Assembly: GCA_035547815.1 (NCBI GenBank)
Contig: DASZUB010000034.1
Location: 829 to 64,828, forward strand
Reading direction: 5' to 3'
Length of the DNA stretch: 64,000 bases
DNA from: Candidatus Saccharimonadales bacterium
GTDB taxonomy: Bacteria; Patescibacteriota; Saccharimonadia; Saccharimonadales; UBA4665
Of the stretch, positions 1 through 8,641 are shown in pieces. The translations under genes and the position numbers were made by a program. Within the stretch, counting starts at the first letter, position 1. The number at the start of each line of letters is the position of its first letter. The notes under the pieces are model-generated. The model did not search any database. It was not told the DNA's origin and worked only from the letters and a program-made list of their open reading frames with translations.

Positions 1-1
1 T

Positions 2-253
2 CAGGGATTGCGCTCCATCGAAATTCACAAAGACACCGAGAAGATCCGCAAGAATGTAGAGCAGCTGCGCAAACATCTGATCGCCCACAACGGCTACATG
101 CAGCGGCTTGGCAGCAGTCTGGGCACCACCGTCGGGCATTTCAATAACACTTACAAGGAACTCGGAAAGATCGACCGCGACGTGGTAAAGATCACTGACG
201 CCGAAATTTCCGTAGAGCCCCAGCTGCTTGAAAAACCTCAGCTCGACGAATAA
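2..253 (+). CDS. rmuC: DNA recombination protein RmuC, C-terminal fragment (5' end outside window)
   Basis: The frame is open from the window edge to TAA 251-253. The helical C-terminal segment (GYMQRLGSSLGTTVGHFNNTYKELGKIDRDV) resembles RmuC C-termini. Confidence 0.55.
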   Translation, partial: QGLRSIEIHKDTEKIRKNVEQLRKHLIAHNGYMQRLGSSLGTTVGHFNNTYKELGKIDRDVVKITDAEISVEPQLLEKPQLDE

Positions 254-1597
254 TTATTTCCTTTTAAGCAAATCGATGGTCAGTGCGGCAGTCCAGGAGA
301 AGTTGGCGACACCGGCGGCCTCGGCATTCACAGGATCGAAATATTCGTAAAAACCTGATTTCTTGACCATCTCGAGCGTACTTTCGCGCAATGCTTCAGC
401 GTAATCTTTGAAACCATAGCGCTCCAAGCCGTCAATAATCATCCAGTTCATATTGACCCAGGTCGGACCCTGCCAGTACAGCTTGCGGTGGAACCAAAAA
501 GAATTCAACGGCACGCTTGGCACGGGATAAGCCGGTCCGAAAGATTGCTCGTTTTCCAGCAGGCGCACCAGCTTTTCGGCGCGGTCCTTGTCTATATGAC
601 CGGCGTAAAGCGGCAATAGCGTGGCGATCGAGGGCGTCTTGAGCAAGCGATGGGTTATGAAATCGCGCGAATAATACTGGGCCGAATACATGTCCCACAG
701 CTCTTCAAAGGCCTTCTCGGTCTTTTTCATGCTCTCTTCCAGTTCAGACGGCAGTTCTTCTTTCAGCGATTTAGCGATTTCGCGCAGATGAGTATTGGCG
801 CGGATCAGCATGCTATTGAACGACAAATCTTCGATAGCGAACAGAGAGTGGTCCAAAATTTTGTTGATATCGTAACGCTTGCGGCGCAGACGGCGCTGAA
901 TGTCCATCAGCATCAGCGACTCAATGGTTGAAAAACGCTCGTCTATTAGCACGCTCTTGGTATCGCGCCGAAACAGGTTGATGACCCGGTCAAAACGTGT
1001 TTTTTCGACCAGACGGATCCATAGCGGCATCATATGGTTATGCATTTCGTCCATCCACGGCGGCGTGTTGTCCAACCCGGTTTCCCACGGGTGCACCAGC
1101 AAGACCAGGCCTTCACCGTGCGGGTCGCGCTCTTTGTACAGCCATTCGTGATATCTGAGCAGCGCTGGATAAACCATGCGGTACCACAGCCGCCGCTCCG
1201 GCCATTCCATCTTCTTGCCGATCTGGATTATGGCCTCGGCCAGCACAGGTGGTTGGGTGATGCCGGTGGTAGCTACCCCTTGTGGTGCGAACGGATTGAT
1301 CCAGCTGCGCCATGTGGTCCTGTCGAAGTGATACTGCGGGTCCTGGCGAAAGATGATGTTCGGCAGCATGCCGTTGTCCCACTGGCCGCGCAGCAGGCTA
1401 AGCACCTCCATCTTTGCTCGTTCCACGTCGAGATGGCGCAGACCGATGGCGATGAAGCAGCTGTCCCATAGCCATTGGTGAGGATACAGCTTGTCGGCCG
1501 GCTGCGTATAGTTACCGCGATCGTTCATCTTCAGAACCTCGGCGGCGGCGCGCGCCAGGTCCGGCTCCGATGTCTGCTTGGTCGGCTGTTTAGGCAT
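254..1597 (-). CDS. (alpha/alpha)6-barrel glycoside hydrolase, GH63 / mannosylglycerate-glucosylglycerate hydrolase-like
   Basis: 447-aa ORF. It carries YPHQWLWDSCFIAIGL, HPWETGLDN and WQGPTWVNMNW segments typical of MGH/GH63-type hydrolases. Confidence 0.6.
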   Translation of the reverse strand: MPKQPTKQTSEPDLARAAAEVLKMNDRGNYTQPADKLYPHQWLWDSCFIAIGLRHLDVERAKMEVLSLLRGQWDNGMLPNIIFRQDPQYHFDRTTWRSWINPFAPQGVATTGITQPPVLAEAIIQIGKKMEWPERRLWYRMVYPALLRYHEWLYKERDPHGEGLVLLVHPWETGLDNTPPWMDEMHNHMMPLWIRLVEKTRFDRVINLFRRDTKSVLIDERFSTIESLMLMDIQRRLRRKRYDINKILDHSLFAIEDLSFNSMLIRANTHLREIAKSLKEELPSELEESMKKTEKAFEELWDMYSAQYYSRDFITHRLLKTPSIATLLPLYAGHIDKDRAEKLVRLLENEQSFGPAYPVPSVPLNSFWFHRKLYWQGPTWVNMNWMIIDGLERYGFKDYAEALRESTLEMVKKSGFYEYFDPVNAEAAGVANFSWTAALTIDLLKRK

Positions 1598-1674
1598 ATG
1601 CTTTTAAGTATAGCGTAAGGTAGTCACGCTCGTGCTTGTACCGGCTAGCCGCATTCTATATAGTTGGCGGTAGT

Positions 1675-2643
1675 ATGAGACGCTTCGCGGATTATGACAT
1701 TGAGGTTCCGTTCGCTCCTGCTGCAGGCGTACTGAATGGTGCTAATGAAGAGTTGCTAGAGGAGCAGATCATAGATGTCTTGAGATCTCCTGCCGCCATG
1801 GCCATTCCTGGTTCTTTCACCTGGAATGGTGGATCGGGCAACGAAGGAACCGTCTACTATTACAATAAGATTACCGGCCAGAGCGTCAACTCCGTGGGTC
1901 TCCCTAATATAAGTGGTCCGAGGGCGGCTGGGCTATATCCGAAGTGGAAAGAGATTGGCGATTTCTATGGAACTCCCGTCATGCCAAGCGTTTCGCCTGG
2001 CAAGGGTGAAGATCCAGCAAAAGTTTTGCCAGATATGGTTGAATTGTTTGTAGAAGCCGGCGCTCCCGCCGTAGAAGTTAACTATAGTTGTCCTAACAAA
2101 ATTGACGAGCACGGAGGCCGTGAACCGGTTCTTGGCCATGATCTGGAGCAAATGGAAGAGATAGACGCCGAAATCGTCCGGCGCGTGGGCGACGCGGTCG
2201 TTATTTCCCGAAAGCTGCCTCCTTATGTAGGAGAGAAAAAAATGCTCATTCCGGCAGTAGGCGAATTATTTGTCCGCGCCGGCGGCAGAAAAGTCCTGGA
2301 TTTATCGAACACTCTTGGTGGCCAGCAGATTATTACTGAACGGGGTGATCCCGCGTTGACCGTGCCTGGCAACCTTGGCGGTTTAAGTGGTCCCGCAACG
2401 AGTGAAATAGGCCGCGATCAACTCAAACGATTCAAAGACGTTTTGGCGAAGGGGATTGGGACAATAAGTTGTCTCGGTGTCGATAATGGTGCAGAAGTGT
2501 TCCATAGGGTAGATGAGCTGGAGGCTGATTTGACGTGCGGCGCCACAGTTTTCGTAGAAAACGAGACCCGAGGTATTAGTTATGGCCAAACTTGCCAGCG
2601 TATCGCTGAAGAATACGCCGAAGCGGTAGAGGCGGTAGCCTAA
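1675..2643 (+). CDS. dihydroorotate dehydrogenase-family FMN TIM-barrel oxidoreductase (DHOD/DHPD-like)
   Basis: It has the VEVNYSCPNK active-site loop (N-x-SCPN signature of the DHOD family). ATG 1675 is preferred over the TTG at 1636 given by the ORF track. Confidence 0.55.
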   Translation: MRRFADYDIEVPFAPAAGVLNGANEELLEEQIIDVLRSPAAMAIPGSFTWNGGSGNEGTVYYYNKITGQSVNSVGLPNISGPRAAGLYPKWKEIGDFYGTPVMPSVSPGKGEDPAKVLPDMVELFVEAGAPAVEVNYSCPNKIDEHGGREPVLGHDLEQMEEIDAEIVRRVGDAVVISRKLPPYVGEKKMLIPAVGELFVRAGGRKVLDLSNTLGGQQIITERGDPALTVPGNLGGLSGPATSEIGRDQLKRFKDVLAKGIGTISCLGVDNGAEVFHRVDELEADLTCGATVFVENETRGISYGQTCQRIAEEYAEAVEAVA

Positions 2644-2822
2644 GCGGCTTCGATTGGGGCTTCTTCGCCGGCTGGCACGGGATCGGCCGTTTCTACGATC
2701 GGCTGTTCGATCTGCACGGTGTCCATAAGACTGAGCTGTCCGGTCTTGGCTCGGGCAAACATATTAAGCACTATACCCCCGTCCCCCATATCGGACGGCG
2801 ATCGATCCATGACGTCACGCAT
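2640..2822 (-). CDS. small acidic hypothetical protein (60 aa)
   Basis: ATG 2820-2822 (minus strand) is preceded by a GGGAGGAG Shine-Dalgarno. I recognise no family. The track ORF extends to a TTG at 2834. Confidence 0.4.
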   Translation of the reverse strand: MRDVMDRSPSDMGDGGIVLNMFARAKTGQLSLMDTVQIEQPIVETADPVPAGEEAPIEAA

Positions 2823-2890
2823 AACTCCTCCCAAAGTTTTTATGTTGCGCTTCTATTTTTCAGTGTACGCTCATTGCGCTGCGGGATATT

Positions 2891-2898
2891 TGTATAAT
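2891..2898 (+). promoter_or_regulatory. extended -10 element TGTATAAT upstream of pheS
   Basis: TG at 2891-2892 plus TATAAT at 2893-2898, about 75 nt upstream of the pheS ATG. There is no good -35. Confidence 0.35.
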
Positions 2899-2973
2899 AA
2901 ACAACACGCTTGTGTAAAAACACCTGCGGTTTTAGCGTCTCGCCCCAGTGGCTGGTATACTTGGAGCTAAGAT

Positions 2974-4161
2974 ATGAGCCAGCCGCCTCAGAATAATTTA
3001 TCTGATTTTCAAAAAACTATAGCCGACATCGCTAAACAGCTCGGTACTCTGCAGGATTTAACGCCTGCCATAAAGCTGAACATCGATCCTGTCATCAATG
3101 CCCAGAAAATCATCCACGAAATGATGGAGCCGATGCTAAAGGCCAATCAGGATGCCATAAAAGCCGCTGTGTCGTTCCCCAAGTTCGAGGATATGTTCGG
3201 CCTGCATAGCATATATAAAGACATCCGGGACGCTAGCCCGGAAGATAAGCGTCTGGTCGGTCAAAAAGTCAATGCCGAAAAACAGCGGTACGTTGATATC
3301 GTTGAAACCTATGAAGAATACAGTGATTCCGCGCTTGGGCCGATAGATATCACGGCACCTTTCGACGTCAATACGCCGCAAGATAAGCGGCCGGCACTTT
3401 TGCCTAGCGAGCAGGGCAGTATCCATCCTCTGACGTCTGAACTCCAGACAGTGCTGGACATCTTCTATCGTATGGGCTTCACGGCTATTGAATCGCGTGA
3501 AATAGATGACGATTTCAATATGTTCGGCGCCCTGAATTTCCCAGAAGGACATCCGGCACGCGACGATTACGACACCTTCGTGACCATCCAAAAAGACCGC
3601 GAAGGCAGGCCATTGATCGCGCCGGCGCATACCAGTACCATGCAGAACCGCGTCCTTAAAAGCCTGAAGCCGAACCTGGAAAAAGGTAAACCGATCGCCG
3701 CTGTCATTCCGGGCCGTGTCTTTCGCAATGAAGACCTCGACGCCCGCCATGAGCACACTTTCTACCAATTGGAGGGCATTTATGTAGACCGCGGTATAAA
3801 CACCGGCCACCTAATCGCGACACTGAAGACCTTCCTCCAGGAATATTACGGCAAGGAGTTGGAGTTCGCTTTCCAGCCGTTTTATTTCCCGTTCACCGAA
3901 CCATCGCTGGAGCTGATAGTCAGTTGTCCGTTCTGCGATAAAAAAGGCTGCAATATCTGTTCTTACACCGGCTGGATAGAAATCCTCGGTTCCGGCATGA
4001 TCCATCCCAATGTATTGAAGGCTGCCGATATCGATCCGACTGAGTACACCGGTTTTGCCTGGGGCGGCGGTATTGAACGGCTGGTGATGATGAAATACGG
4101 CATCGAGGACATCCGCCATTTTGAATCCGGCAAACTGGACTTTTTGAGGCAGTTCTCATGA
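2974..4161 (+). CDS. pheS: phenylalanine--tRNA ligase alpha subunit
   Basis: Class II aaRS core (FYFPFTEPSLE, GWIEILGSGMIHPNV, GFAWGGGIERLVMMKYGI). GGAGC Shine-Dalgarno. The TGA stop overlaps the next ATG. Confidence 0.95.
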   Translation: MSQPPQNNLSDFQKTIADIAKQLGTLQDLTPAIKLNIDPVINAQKIIHEMMEPMLKANQDAIKAAVSFPKFEDMFGLHSIYKDIRDASPEDKRLVGQKVNAEKQRYVDIVETYEEYSDSALGPIDITAPFDVNTPQDKRPALLPSEQGSIHPLTSELQTVLDIFYRMGFTAIESREIDDDFNMFGALNFPEGHPARDDYDTFVTIQKDREGRPLIAPAHTSTMQNRVLKSLKPNLEKGKPIAAVIPGRVFRNEDLDARHEHTFYQLEGIYVDRGINTGHLIATLKTFLQEYYGKELEFAFQPFYFPFTEPSLELIVSCPFCDKKGCNICSYTGWIEILGSGMIHPNVLKAADIDPTEYTGFAWGGGIERLVMMKYGIEDIRHFESGKLDFLRQFS

Positions 4162-4586
4162 GCGGGACAAGCAAGCAGGAACTGGTAGAATTTATGGAAA
4201 AACGTTTTCTTTGCGTGCTTTCTACCGTCAATAAAGATGGCCGGCCCGAGTCGGCTTTCGTGGGCTATGTAAGCAGCCGTAATCAAGAAATCATCATCGG
4301 GACGTCCAACAAAAGCCGCAAATTTAAGAATATAACCGGCAACAAATCGGTGGCCGTGGTTATTGCGGACCAAACCGGCGAAGTCCAATACGAGGGCCAG
4401 GCCGAGGTGCTTACCGGCCTGGATTACGAATCGCTGGTTAGCGAAGGCCGTTTCGGCAAGTTGCCAGGGCTCGATAAATACCGGAACGACCCCACACAAG
4501 TCTATTTATTGATAAAACCGACGTGGATCAGGTTCATCCTCCACGGCGAAGCCGACCAAATCACAGAATTCACGGAGTTTGCATGA
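4158..4586 (+). CDS. pyridoxamine 5'-phosphate oxidase-family (FMN-binding split-barrel) protein
   Basis: 142 aa. The N-terminus FMEKRFLCVLSTVNKDGRPESAFVGYV is typical of PNPOx-like split-barrel proteins. ATGA overlaps are present at both ends (4158-4161 and 4583-4586). Confidence 0.7.
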   Translation: MSGTSKQELVEFMEKRFLCVLSTVNKDGRPESAFVGYVSSRNQEIIIGTSNKSRKFKNITGNKSVAVVIADQTGEVQYEGQAEVLTGLDYESLVSEGRFGKLPGLDKYRNDPTQVYLLIKPTWIRFILHGEADQITEFTEFA

Positions 4587-7072
4587 AAATCAGCCTGAAT
4601 AAAATTCGGTACGCGGGCGAGCACTATGGCGTAGAAGACCTAGTGCCGGACGGCGTCGACGAACTGGTGAAAAAAATTGGCGCACAGCTAGGCGGTGTCG
4701 AAGAGGTCATTGATTATGGCGGCAAGTTTGACGGCGTAATTATCGTGAAAGTCGCCAAGGTCGAAAAGCACCCGAATGCCGATAAGCTTCATGTCTGTCA
4801 GGTTGATGCCGGTAAGGACGGACTCGTACAGGTGGTCTGCGGCGCGCCGAACGTTCGCGAAGGCATGTTGGCGGCCTGGTTGCCGCCAGGTGCCGTGGTG
4901 CCAAGCACGATCGGGAAAGAGCCATTTAAGCTCGAGGCCCGCGAACTGCGCGGCGAGATGAGCAATGGCATGCTGGCCAGTCCCAAAGAGCTTGGCATAA
5001 GCGAAGATCATGATGGCATTCTAGAAGTAGATAAAGATGTCCAGCCAGGTACAAGCTTCGCCAAAGCTTACCGCATTGAGGGCGAAAAAATAATCGACAT
5101 TGAGAACAAGATGTTCACGCATCGGCCGGATTGTTTCGGCGTCATGGGAGTGACACGGGAGATTGCCGGAATTCAGCAAAAAGCCTTCAAAAGCCCGGAT
5201 TGGTATGTGCCGAATCCTGAAATTCCGAGTCTCGAGAGCGATGCACTGAAGCTGGATATTAAAAATGAACTGCCAGAGTTAGTGCCGCGGTTCACGGCGG
5301 TCGTGCTGAGCGGCGTCAAGGTCAAGCCGAGCCCCGTCTGGCTGCAGATAGTTCTGAGCGAGGCAGGCATCCGACCGATCAACAACATCGTGGACTATAC
5401 CAATTTCTGGATGCTGGAAACCGGCCAGCCGCTGCACGCTTATGATTACGATAAGCTCAAGGCTTTGAGCGGCGATGAGCCCTTGATAGTTATCAGAAAG
5501 CCGCGGGTGGGCGAGAAAATCAAGCTGCTGAATGGCAAAGAGATAGGGCCGCGTGATGAAGCCATCATGATTGCTGCCGACAAACAGCTGATCGGCGTCG
5601 GTGGTGTGATGGGCGGCGCAGAAACCGAAGTCGATGAAAACACTAAGAATATCATCTTGGAATGCGCTAATTTCGATATGTATTCCATCCGCCGTACCAG
5701 TATGGAAAACGGCCTGTTCACCGATGCCATGACGCGTTTCACCAAGGGGCAAAGCCCATGGCAATGCCTGCCCGTGCTGCTCAAGACGGCTGAATCGATC
5801 CAGCAAGACGCGGGTGGCCAAATCGCCAGCCAAACGTTCGATATCACCAAAGACGGCGTGGACTTTACCAAATATGCTGGCGCTAAAATCACCGTGGAGC
5901 CGTCATTCATAAACAGCCGTCTTGGGCTTGACCTGAAAGCCGAAGAAATTGAAAAGCTGCTAGTCAATGTGGAATTTTCAGTCCAGCGTGAAGGCGATCG
6001 CCTAGCCGTCGCCGCACCGTTTTGGCGGATGGATATTGAGATCCCGGAGGATATAGTCGAGGAAGTCGGACGTCTGTATGGCTACGATAAATTGCCGCTG
6101 GATTTGCCTAAGCGCGACCTGACGCCGGCTGCCAAGGATCCGCTTTTGACACTGAAATCACAGATCCGTACCCGGTTGGCCAAGGCTGGCGCCAACGAAG
6201 TGCTGAGCTATAGTTTCGTGCACGGCGATCTTATAGACAAGGTTGGGCAGGATAAGAAAAACGCTTTCCAGATAGCCAACGCTCTGAGCCCCGACCTGCA
6301 ATATTACCGTTTGAGCCTGACACCCAGTCTGCTGGAGAAAATCCATCCGAACATCAAGGCCGGTTACGACGAATTCGCCCTATTCGAACTTGGCAAAGCC
6401 CACTTGGCGGACCAACAGGACGATAGCGGCCTGCCGCGGGAAGACGAGCTGACTGCGCTAGTCATAGCTTCGGCCGACAAGCTTAAGAAAGAGGGCGCGG
6501 CCTATTACGAGGCCCGCGAGTACCTGACTAACCTTGTGCCAGCCAAGCTGACTTTCAAGCCGGTGCCGGATGCCATGAGCAGTTTTGATATCACCAAGCC
6601 GTTTGACATGAACCGAGCGGCTTTCGTTTACTCGGATGATACGTTCCTGGGAATCATCGGTGAATTCCGCCTAGCTGTGCGACGGGCGCTCAAGCTTCCA
6701 AAGTACTGCGCCGGTTTTGAGCTGGATACCAAAGCTTTGCGGTCGTTAACGGATACGGACCGGTATACACCTTTGCCGCGGTTCCCGAAGGTCACGCAGG
6801 ATATTACGCTGAAGGTAGCCGCTGATTTACCGTTCCAGGAGCTGTTTGATTGTGTGTGGGAAGAAGTTGAAAAATCGCGGCCCGAAAACAGTCTTGCCAA
6901 GCTAAGCCCGCTCGATATTTTCCAGCGTGAAGACAGCGACGGGCAAAAGCACGTGACTTTCCGCCTCGAAATCGCCAGTTATGACCGCACGCTCACCGAT
7001 CCGGAGGTCAACAAGCTTCTCGACCGTGTGGCCGCGGCCGCCAAGGCTAAGTTCGGCGCCGAAAGACTATAG
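4583..7072 (+). CDS. pheT: phenylalanine--tRNA ligase beta subunit
   Basis: 829 aa from ATG 4583 (MKISLNKIRY). It has the tRNA-binding OB domain (HPNADKLHVCQVD), B3/4 and B5 domains and a C-terminal FDX-ACB-like domain. The track's upstream extension to 4523 is rejected. Confidence 0.95.
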   Translation: MKISLNKIRYAGEHYGVEDLVPDGVDELVKKIGAQLGGVEEVIDYGGKFDGVIIVKVAKVEKHPNADKLHVCQVDAGKDGLVQVVCGAPNVREGMLAAWLPPGAVVPSTIGKEPFKLEARELRGEMSNGMLASPKELGISEDHDGILEVDKDVQPGTSFAKAYRIEGEKIIDIENKMFTHRPDCFGVMGVTREIAGIQQKAFKSPDWYVPNPEIPSLESDALKLDIKNELPELVPRFTAVVLSGVKVKPSPVWLQIVLSEAGIRPINNIVDYTNFWMLETGQPLHAYDYDKLKALSGDEPLIVIRKPRVGEKIKLLNGKEIGPRDEAIMIAADKQLIGVGGVMGGAETEVDENTKNIILECANFDMYSIRRTSMENGLFTDAMTRFTKGQSPWQCLPVLLKTAESIQQDAGGQIASQTFDITKDGVDFTKYAGAKITVEPSFINSRLGLDLKAEEIEKLLVNVEFSVQREGDRLAVAAPFWRMDIEIPEDIVEEVGRLYGYDKLPLDLPKRDLTPAAKDPLLTLKSQIRTRLAKAGANEVLSYSFVHGDLIDKVGQDKKNAFQIANALSPDLQYYRLSLTPSLLEKIHPNIKAGYDEFALFELGKAHLADQQDDSGLPREDELTALVIASADKLKKEGAAYYEAREYLTNLVPAKLTFKPVPDAMSSFDITKPFDMNRAAFVYSDDTFLGIIGEFRLAVRRALKLPKYCAGFELDTKALRSLTDTDRYTPLPRFPKVTQDITLKVAADLPFQELFDCVWEEVEKSRPENSLAKLSPLDIFQREDSDGQKHVTFRLEIASYDRTLTDPEVNKLLDRVAAAAKAKFGAERL

Positions 7073-7546
7073 ATGGTCGACGTCGTCCCGCTGGCACATA
7101 AGAAAAACACGGCCCGCGGCATCGTCATTCATGATGGCAGAATCTTACTCATGGAGCGTTGGCGCGGCACGCTCCATTATTTTTCAATCCCGGGTGGTGG
7201 CATAGAGCCGGGTGAAACGCCCCAGCAGACAGTGGTCCGCGAAATCGCCGAAGAAACGACCGTGACGGTAAAAGTGAACCGCCAAGTCCTGGAAATGCGC
7301 GACGGCGGCTTCTCACACAAGATTTACCTATGCGAATATATCGACGGCCACCCCCATATGCCGGATGATGCTCCAGAGGCCGCGCACGGCCCGGAAAACC
7401 GCTTCCAGCCGGGCTGGGTTTCTCTTGATGAATTGCCGGAATTGCCGCTGACTTATTGGGAACCGCTCAGGGAGCCACTGGTAAACGGCTTGAGGCTCGG
7501 CTTCGATGGACCCGTTAAAATTGTCAGCGCCAAGGACTCAGGTTAA
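7073..7546 (+). CDS. NUDIX hydrolase
   Basis: Nudix box GGGIEPGETPQQTVVREIAEETTV. The ATG directly abuts the pheT stop. Confidence 0.85.
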   Translation: MVDVVPLAHKKNTARGIVIHDGRILLMERWRGTLHYFSIPGGGIEPGETPQQTVVREIAEETTVTVKVNRQVLEMRDGGFSHKIYLCEYIDGHPHMPDDAPEAAHGPENRFQPGWVSLDELPELPLTYWEPLREPLVNGLRLGFDGPVKIVSAKDSG

Positions 7547-7589
7547 AATAAGTATAGATGCGTAAAATAAACCGGGAGGCAAGCTAGCT

Positions 7590-8138
7590 ATGTCAGGCAA
7601 GGGCGGACGTTTCTTCGCGGGTTTTTTCGCAGTTCTGTTCCTGCTGACCTCGTCGGCATTCGTGATATTGATTATAATTAGTGCCGTGACACAGAACGAT
7701 AACAACAATGATTCCAGCAACCAAGATGCCCAACAGGCCCAGCAGCAAACGCCCAAGGAAAAGCCGCAAGGCACTAAATTGAGTGGTTTTACTCCGGTAG
7801 CTACGGTTAATAGCCTGCAGGAAACTGATCTTAAGAAGGGCACGGGTGAGACCGTCAAGCCAGGCGACACGATTACCGTGGATTACAGTGGCGCTGTCGC
7901 CAATACCGGCGTGATTTTCCAGAGCACCAAGGACCTCGGCCAGCCAGCCAGTTTCTCGCTGAGCGGCGTGATAGCTGGTTGGTCCCAAGGCATCCCTGGC
8001 ATGAAAGTCGGCGGCACCAGGCGCCTGCTTATACCTGCCGCCTTGGCTTATGCCGACAAGCCTCCGCAAGGTTCGGGTATCCCAGCTAACGCCAACCTGG
8101 TCTTTGATGTTACGGTGAAAAAAATCGACAAACAGTAG
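7590..8138 (+). CDS. membrane-anchored FKBP-type peptidyl-prolyl cis-trans isomerase
   Basis: N-terminal TM helix, Q/N-rich linker, and an FKBP domain (VDYSG..GVIFQST, VIAGWSQGIPGMKVGGTRRLLIP, LVFDVTV). GGAGG Shine-Dalgarno. Confidence 0.85.
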   Translation: MSGKGGRFFAGFFAVLFLLTSSAFVILIIISAVTQNDNNNDSSNQDAQQAQQQTPKEKPQGTKLSGFTPVATVNSLQETDLKKGTGETVKPGDTITVDYSGAVANTGVIFQSTKDLGQPASFSLSGVIAGWSQGIPGMKVGGTRRLLIPAALAYADKPPQGSGIPANANLVFDVTVKKIDKQ

Positions 8139-8171
8139 TCGATTGGGGTAAAAAGCACAATATATAGCGTA

Positions 8172-8200
8172 TTGATTTTACCTTGAGCACTATTTATAAT
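8172..8200 (+). promoter_or_regulatory. sigma70-type promoter TTGATT-N17-TATAAT
   Basis: -35 at 8172-8177 and -10 at 8195-8200 with a 17-nt spacer, about 160 nt upstream of the redoxin ATG. Confidence 0.5.
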
Positions 8201-8278
8201 GCTTGGCATAGTCAGATTCATTCTGCTAGCCGCACCTCATCAGTGCACAATAAACACCATAAGTAAAAGTCGGAAATA

Positions 8279-8323
8279 GAGCAGGCCGTTCTTCGGGAAA
8301 AGGACGGTCCGGGTAGCCTGCTC
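8279..8323 (+). other. conserved-looking stem-loop in the long 5' leader of the redoxin-trxB operon
   Basis: GAGCAGGC (8279-8286) pairs with GCCTGCTC (8316-8323). An inner helix pairs CCGTTC (8286-8291) with GGACGG (8302-8307). Confidence 0.3.
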
Positions 8324-8365
8324 CCTTCTGACCAAAATCAAAGTATCCATACGGAGGGGATCAAA

Positions 8366-8614
8366 ATGGTCAAAAACATCACGGTTTTCACTAGCAACAC
8401 CTGCGCTTACTGCCAGATGGTTAAGAAATATCTGGGCGCCAAAGGCATGACATACGACGAAGTTAATATAGACGAGCATCCCCATCGTCAAGCGGAAGCT
8501 ATGCAGATGAGCGGTGCCACGACCGTGCCCGTCACCGTCGTTACCAAAGGTGATGACTCCAAAGAAGTAGTTGTCGGTTACAATTTGGCTAAGCTGGCTC
8601 CAGCTATATCCTAG
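8366..8614 (+). CDS. glutaredoxin-like protein (NrdH/YruB-type redoxin)
   Basis: 82 aa with a CAYC redox motif in a thioredoxin fold. GGAGGGG Shine-Dalgarno. Confidence 0.8.
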   Translation: MVKNITVFTSNTCAYCQMVKKYLGAKGMTYDEVNIDEHPHRQAEAMQMSGATTVPVTVVTKGDDSKEVVVGYNLAKLAPAIS

Positions 8615-8641
8615 ATCTTAGCGGCGGCCCAGAAACAATAT

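Noticed and set aside
2899-2973. A possible T-box or attenuator leader upstream of pheS, and likewise upstream of tyrS at 63613-63678.
   Set aside because: The leaders are about 75 nt and about 0-10 nt long, far too short for a T-box riboswitch. No specifier-loop/T-box sequence pair is visible. The GCGGCGG/CCGCCGC inverted repeat at 63613-63659 overlaps the tyrS promoter rather than a leader.
3925-3960. A CxxC-x4-CxxC cysteine knuckle (CPFCDKKGCNIC) in PheS, considered as a possible novel insertion.
   Set aside because: As far as I recall, an equivalent four-Cys segment just before the GWIEILG motif is present in PheS of Firmicutes and other bacteria. It is most likely a known lineage feature rather than a novelty.
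4523-4582. N-terminal extensions proposed by the ORF track for pheT, and similarly for rpe (16097), the second PfkB gene (21669), nusA (48851), rnhB (45214), ppa (13518), glpQ (13559) and gatC (28449).
   Set aside because: The conserved protein N-termini begin at internal ATGs. These ATGs carry Shine-Dalgarno sites, ATGA coupling or a correctly spaced -10 box. The extensions overlap upstream genes or promoters.
8279-8323. Resemblance of GGAAAAGGACGGTCCGGG to the RNase P RNA CR-I (GAGGAAAGUCCGGGC), or to SRP RNA domain IV.
   Set aside because: The match is only partial. The region between the flanking genes (about 230 nt) lacks the other universally conserved RNase P or SRP elements. I kept it only as an unexplained leader hairpin.
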